This document shows, piece after piece, positions 63,046-64,000 of a stretch of 64,000 nucleotides of DNA; within the stretch, counting starts at the first letter, position 1; the number at the start of each line of letters is the position of its first letter. A program made the position numbers and the translations under genes. Source of the DNA: an uncultured Gemmatimonadales bacterium (lineage in GTDB: Bacteria; Gemmatimonadota; Gemmatimonadetes; Longimicrobiales; RSA9); contig CAWCRS010000001.1 of NCBI GenBank assembly GCA_963798085.1, positions 64,001 to 128,000 on the forward strand, given 5' to 3'. The notes beneath the pieces are model-generated. The model saw only the letters and a list, made by a program, of their open reading frames with translations, was not told the DNA's origin and ran no database searches.

Positions 63046-64000
63046 CGCGAAGCGGCGGTCGCCGGTTCGGCGTACTGCCTCCGCCGCTCCGCCAGCCCGT
63101 CCTGGATTTTCAGGTTGAGATCCTTCCCGATCCGGTAGAAGAGAAGGGACGCCACGACGATGGCCAGGAAGACGGCCGGGTAGACGCTCGCAGTGAGCCG
63201 GATCCCGAGCAGCGCTCGCGGCGCCTGCGTCACGTTCGCGACGTAGCCGTAGGCCCCGAGGAGCCAGCCGGTGAGCGCGCCGCCGAGCGAAAGGCCTGCC
63301 TTCAGCGCGAACAGGATGGTGGCGAAGATCACGCCGGTGATCCGCCGTCCAGTGGTCCACTCCGCGTAATCCGCCACATCCGCGAACATCGCCCAGAGCA
63401 GCGGGATCGTCGGCGCATAGCACAGCGCGCGAACCCACTCGAGCACGTAGGTGGCCCCGATCGCGTTCGCCGGCAGCAGGATGAACGCCGCGGCGAGTAC
63501 GGTGGCCAGCGTGAAGCCCACGAGGGCCACCGCCTTCTTGCCGAACCACCGGGCGAGGAACGCCGAGGCCACCACGCCGAGGATGGTCACGAGCTGCTGG
63601 GACATCTGGAAGAAGCTGAAGCCCACCGACGCGACGTTGCTGCGCGTCTCGTTGACCACGAGCCCGAACGTCTCCAGCAGATATCGCAGCACGCCGGACG
63701 GGCCGGCTCCCGCCTGGCCCAGTCCGAACTTCTCCAGGAAGCGGTACAGCTGCTCGCCGTCCACGTAGTAGGTGAAGTAGTAGAACATCGTCCCGCCACG
63801 CATCGCCACATAGATGAAATGCGCGAGCGTGACCCCGAACATGACGATCCACGGACCGTTGTGGAGCAGACCCGCGAAGTCCTCGCGCGGTGAAGACTTC
63901 TGCTCCGGCGGCGGCAGGATGCGCTCGCGCGTGGTGAGGAACGTGATCAGGAAGAACACGACGCAGACCACCGCCCACAGGCCCATCGTGAGCTGCCAGC
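63042..64000 (-). CDS. GPH/MFS sugar:cation symporter (3' part)
   Basis: TTRERI, WAMFADVADYAEWTTGRRITG, GWLLGAYGY. Confidence 0.9.
   Translation of the reverse strand, partial: WQLTMGLWAVVCVVFFLITFLTTRERILPPPEQKSSPREDFAGLLHNGPWIVMFGVTLAHFIYVAMRGGTMFYYFTYYVDGEQLYRFLEKFGLGQAGAGPSGVLRYLLETFGLVVNETRSNVASVGFSFFQMSQQLVTILGVVASAFLARWFGKKAVALVGFTLATVLAAAFILLPANAIGATYVLEWVRALCYAPTIPLLWAMFADVADYAEWTTGRRITGVIFATILFALKAGLSLGGALTGWLLGAYGYVANVTQAPRALLGIRLTASVYPAVFLAIVVASLLFYRIGKDLNLKIQDGLAERRRQYAEPATAASR

Overview
High-GC bacterial window. The combination of a SusC/SusD pair, ADOP-type permeases with a PadR partner, and Gly-Arg-rich secreted peptidases suggests Gemmatimonadota (inference, not confirmed). 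The centrepiece is a tightly coupled ~24 kb operon (16.4-40.4 kb, + strand) encoding an extracellular contractile injection system (eCIS, Afp/PVC-like). It contains sheath, tube, chaperone, DUF4255 cap, AAA+ ATPase, DUF4157 protein, tube initiator, LysM, hub, spike, PAAR-like tip, gp25, two baseplate-J proteins, a wedge protein and a DUF6519 beta-helix fibre. Three candidate cargo proteins with unrelated C-termini share an HDFG[RT][IV] motif: the DUF4157 protein, a Cys-rich HExxH DUF922-like protease inside the operon, and an orphan toxin-like gene at 11.2-12.2 kb coupled to a possible immunity gene. The hub gene carries a +1 frameshift near 28762, and I saw no lysis genes. Two atypical receiver-domain regulators flank the operon, and its promoter region has a GATC cluster. 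The rest of the window holds an 11-haem cytochrome, a LeuCD/DAACS/RraA catabolic operon, decayed permease fragments, transporters, peptidases and regulators. All family assignments come from reading motifs by eye; no searches were run.
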